The position numbers and the translations under genes are program-made. A stretch of DNA of 64,000 nucleotides, taken from the NCBI GenBank assembly GCA_002269645.1, contig NIVC01000087.1, positions 885,608-949,607 on the forward strand. The letters run 5' to 3'. This document shows positions 60,901-64,000 of this stretch, in pieces; the stretch's first letter is position 1, and each line of letters begins with the position of its first letter. The stretch comes from Macrostomum lignano. Lineage: Eukaryota. The notes beneath the pieces were generated by a model, which had not been told where the DNA came from, made no database searches, and saw only the letters and a list, made by a program, of their open reading frames with translations.

Positions 60901-63586
60901 CTCCACAACGCTAGACGACGGCTTCAACCAGATGGAACTTGATAACAAATATTGGACCCAGAAAGGTCGGAAGGAATTTTGTCATATTTATTCTCTATAT
61001 GATGAGCTGCTATTGAAATGACAAAATACTCTACTCTACTTGATTTTTTGCAGATGGAGTGGAGTATGCCAGCACAGGTAACTTACTGTATACCTTTGTT
61101 GCAAGAACTTATATCTTAGATGTACTTTAAGTACTTTTACGCACCTAGAGTTACTATCCTCAAAGATTAGTACGAGGTAAGCTAATCCTTGAATCTTCTA
61201 TCTGACAGTTTCGTAAAATCTTTATCAAGTAAAACTGTTTCTCTGTTGTGTTTCTTACTGTTCTATCTTCATTATTTTTTTTTTTGAATGAATTATAAAT
61301 TTGCTGTGCTGACACTTCCCGAAGTCTGGGGCATCAGGACGCACCCACACAGTCTTTCAGCACCTGTCTTCCTTCAGCGAGGCGAGGCGTCAGGATGTGC
61401 TGTACTGAGGGTTCTCGCTTGGGGTGGCCTGGTAGGTCTTTGAAATCCCACCGCTGCCACCAGTGAAGTACAGATGGTTGTCTCGAGGTGGCCTGGTAAG
61501 GTCTTGAAATCCCACTGCTTCTACCAGTGAAGTACAGAGCTTTACTTCCCGATTAGCAGGCACTTAAGTTCTGCCTGAAGTCTCGAGTCTCTTCTTGGAA
61601 GTCTTCTTGTAGCTCTAAGTAGCGTAGGTAGTGCTGCCTCCAGTTCCTTCAGGTCTCGGCCTTCGGTGAGGTGAGCTTCCCGTCGGAACGAAATAAACAA
61701 GTCAACGAACTCAGCACAGCGTGCAGATTTGAAGATTAACGAACAAGGCGTCTGGTCAGCAGATCCCGCCGCGCTCAGTGGGTGGTTGGGAAGGCCGTGT
61801 TAGCCTCCTTTGGGCTTGGGCGTCTAAGTTTAGTCAGGCCAATAAAGGAGAGTTGATTGGACAATAGAACTGTCAGAAAACTTCGGAAACTAAGAACCTA
61901 AGAACTGAGAAACTAAGAACCTAAGAACTAAACTTGGGAAACACTCCTTGACTGAACCAAGGGTTAAGAGGGTCCGTATTTATAGCCTTTGAATCCCCAG
62001 TGCACCTTTGTGCGCGAGACCTATAGGCTTTTCACGAAGATTGGTTCCAGAACCAGAATCGGCAGGAAAATGAAAAGCTTCGAACCCATTTTATCTTTGT
62101 CAGTCTTTATAATTTAATTGTCTTTCCTTGACTTTGCTTCGTCTTGGATATGACAAAAAACAGAGTACTAATATATCAATTATAAAAAATTGACGATTTA
62201 AAATAGGCCGGCCTATATCTTACTGTTAAAGTGCAAACATGACTACGGATCGAGAAAATTTCTCGAAACGAATTCCAGAATCGGATCACAGTTCTGGAAC
62301 CGATTCTGAAAACGGAACAGACAATATGAAAAGCTTCGAACCGATTCTGGTTCTGGAATCGGTAATCTGAAAAGCCTACTATAGTGACTTGTTCTATTTT
62401 TAGAACTGACGTCACTTCCCGCCAGAGAGAAGGCAGGGGTCCCCGGGCAAAGTGCACAGGGCCGTGTGAATCAGTGTCTATTTTTAGAACCAATAGACAG
62501 ATTGATTAGAAGATTGATTTTTAGAAACAAAGAATAGATTAGGGAAAGGGCCTGGGGCACGTGATTCCTCAGTAAACACGGACCAGCAAGTGACTTTAGG
62601 ACTTCGAGAAGGGAAACAGGCCACCAGCGTGACAGGGGGGGGGCGACAGAGAACAGGCAGAAAAAGGTGAGGGAGGCTGCCCAGCGGCAGACAGCAACCC
62701 AGGGCGAGGGCAAGGGCGAAGGAAACTGCTGACAATAGTGCGACGCCTAACACCAAACTGGCGGCTCACTACAGATGCATAGGCTGGCGTGTATCCCTCT
62801 AGTCTAGCTGTGTCGGCGTCAGGACACGGACTTTCCGAACCCCTAGGCAACCGAAAGAATGAACACAGAGCAGCGCACTCGCGTAATTGGCAACAGATTG
62901 AGACTCCGCATCAAGAGACCGTCTTTTTGGTTAGCGAGGAGAGCAAATCAAAGCGCGACGACGCCCCGCGCCCACGGCACAGCGCGAGTAGCGTAATAGT
63001 AGTGCGACTTGGCGCCTAATGAAGCGGCTTGCCAACTGGAGTCGTCTGTTCTCCGCTTGTCGCCGATCGTAAAGGAAAAGAACGATTTGTTAGTCTCCAT
63101 CGTCTCGAGTGATTCACGAGCAATGCGTCGTTTCAAAATAAAACGGTCCTGGTTATTTGTACGCTCTCTTTGTTAACAACAAAACGACAAAAATGAGCAT
63201 AAGTAGAACTAACTAATCTGAAGTTTTAGCACTAACCGTCTTCCACTCCGCCAGGCCGAACCTCCTCTGGCCTGTCCATCGATCCGCCGAACTTCTTCCC
63301 GGAGGGTGACGGCTACTACATCATCCGCCTGCGCGCTTGGCGGCGGCTCCGACTCCACTAACTACGGATTCAAATTCTTGTACATCTCTGTCAACCAGGG
63401 CCCCAACGCCAGCAAAATTTCCACAAGCATCTATACCCGGCTAATGGCGAGTCGATGAAGACAAATTCTTCTTTACCTGCAGCTATCCGCCCTCAACGAC
63501 CGAGGGTGAGCACATGATCTACACTGTCGGCTACAGTTTCGAACAGACACCGAACCAAGCGTGCCGACTGCTATCGCTGATCCTCA
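48982..63586 (+). CDS. Polycystin-1/REJ-like receptor, 5' part. Exons 48982-49063, 52173-52332, 52697-52893, 53567-53758, 53923-54171, 55144-(55286 or 55325), 56032-56731, 56885-57081, 57211-59079, 59746-60603, 60694-60965, 61054-61077, 63255-~63586; continues beyond the window
   Basis: Signal peptide; WSC domain (YGC..ITLESCLLHC..YAAYSHTACLCG); PKD repeats (FNFGDG, INFGDG, IDLGDG, WDFGDG); REJ-like segments (LTLPAFSL, LSFDASCSVNPN, PPIVSGVCVSNC, YPANGESMKT.FFFTC). Needs frameshift corrections at ~58926, ~60036 and 63340-63465. Confidence 0.85.
49105..52150. repeat. 44-bp minisatellite (~68 copies) filling intron 1 of the PKD1-like gene
   Basis: Unit cagctacattagtctatggggctctagtcagtttaaggtcagta. 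Confidence 0.95.
53089..53406 (-). mobile_element. tRNA-derived SINE with CORE-like central domain and 8-bp TSD
   Basis: Head GGGGTTGTAGCCTAGTGG (A box)...GGTTCGATTCC (B box); central TGTGTCCTTGAGCAACACACTTAA..TGCTTCAGTTCACCCAGCTGTAAAATGGG; (TTA)-rich tail; TSD cggatgta at 53081-53088 and 53407-53414. Confidence 0.88.
54228..55082. repeat. 19-bp intronic minisatellite
   Basis: Unit gagtagggtagatgatggt. Confidence 0.93.
55480..55940. repeat. 21-bp intronic minisatellite
   Basis: Unit cacacaagcacacccatcact. Confidence 0.92.
61090..63230. mobile_element. Probable TE-derived intronic insertion(s), unclassified
   Basis: 2.1-kb intron with no minisatellite, GC-rich blocks, a ~65-bp direct repeat (~61420-61540), aactaagaacctaagaac repeats and an 18-bp perfect IR (62045-62062 / 62341-62358). 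No recognisable protein. Confidence 0.35.
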
Positions 63587-63754
63587 GTGAGTGACCTCTT
63601 TTAGTGTCTCTACTAGCAATCTAGTGCCCCTTTCGGGCGCGCAATAAGCAAGGAGCAAAAATTATTCATGGAAAACAACTAAAGAAGCACATTTTCTTAA
63701 GAACCGATTCCTTCTTCAATTTTATAAATCACCTTATTCGAGTAAAGCAAGCAT

Positions 63755-63930
63755 CCTGCAGATAGCAAGCATCTATCCAGATAGCAAGCATCCCTAAATA
63801 GCAAGCATCCCTGGATAGAAAGAATCCCATACATGTAGATACATGTAGCCAGTACCCCCCTCTCCAAATAGCAAGTACCCCCTCCCCCTCAAAAGCAAGC
63901 ACCCCCCAAATACAATAGTAAGCACCCCAG
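63755..63930. repeat. Short degenerate atagcaagcatcc repeats
   Basis: Several atagcaagca/gt motifs in series. Confidence 0.6.
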
Positions 63931-64000
63931 CCACAATAACAATTTAGTGTCTCTACATGTAATCTTAACCACGTCGCTATACCTGTACTAATTTATCATT

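Overview
Eukaryotic (metazoan) genomic DNA with GT-AG introns. The gene set and heavy minisatellite load suggest a free-living flatworm such as Macrostomum lignano; this is inference, not checked against a database. Left end (1-8114, minus strand): a Ty3/Gypsy LTR retrotransposon with a candidate 5' LTR, a tRNA-Lys PBS, gag, an in-frame TGA and pol (PR-RT-RH-IN). Where env or the 3' LTR would be expected, it instead has an intronless J-domain (DnaJ/HPD) ORF coupled by a TGATG overlap to a further ORF that runs off the window. This is the most unusual feature here. Host genes reconstructed by hand: AMPK beta subunit (in-frame TAA), a small 2-TM protein (in-frame TAG), a neuropeptide-like precursor, a polybasic CaaX-ending ORF/exon, CPEB1, SAMM50, and the 5' part of a polycystin-1/REJ-like gene (WSC-PKD-REJ) with several 1-2 nt frameshifts that look like long-read errors. 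Also present: a decayed piggyBac transposase and a tRNA-derived CORE-like SINE with an 8-bp TSD. About 22 unrelated minisatellite arrays (14-50 bp units) cover roughly a third of the window and account for most long ORFs in the supplied track. Coordinates were counted by eye; array and LTR boundaries are approximate.
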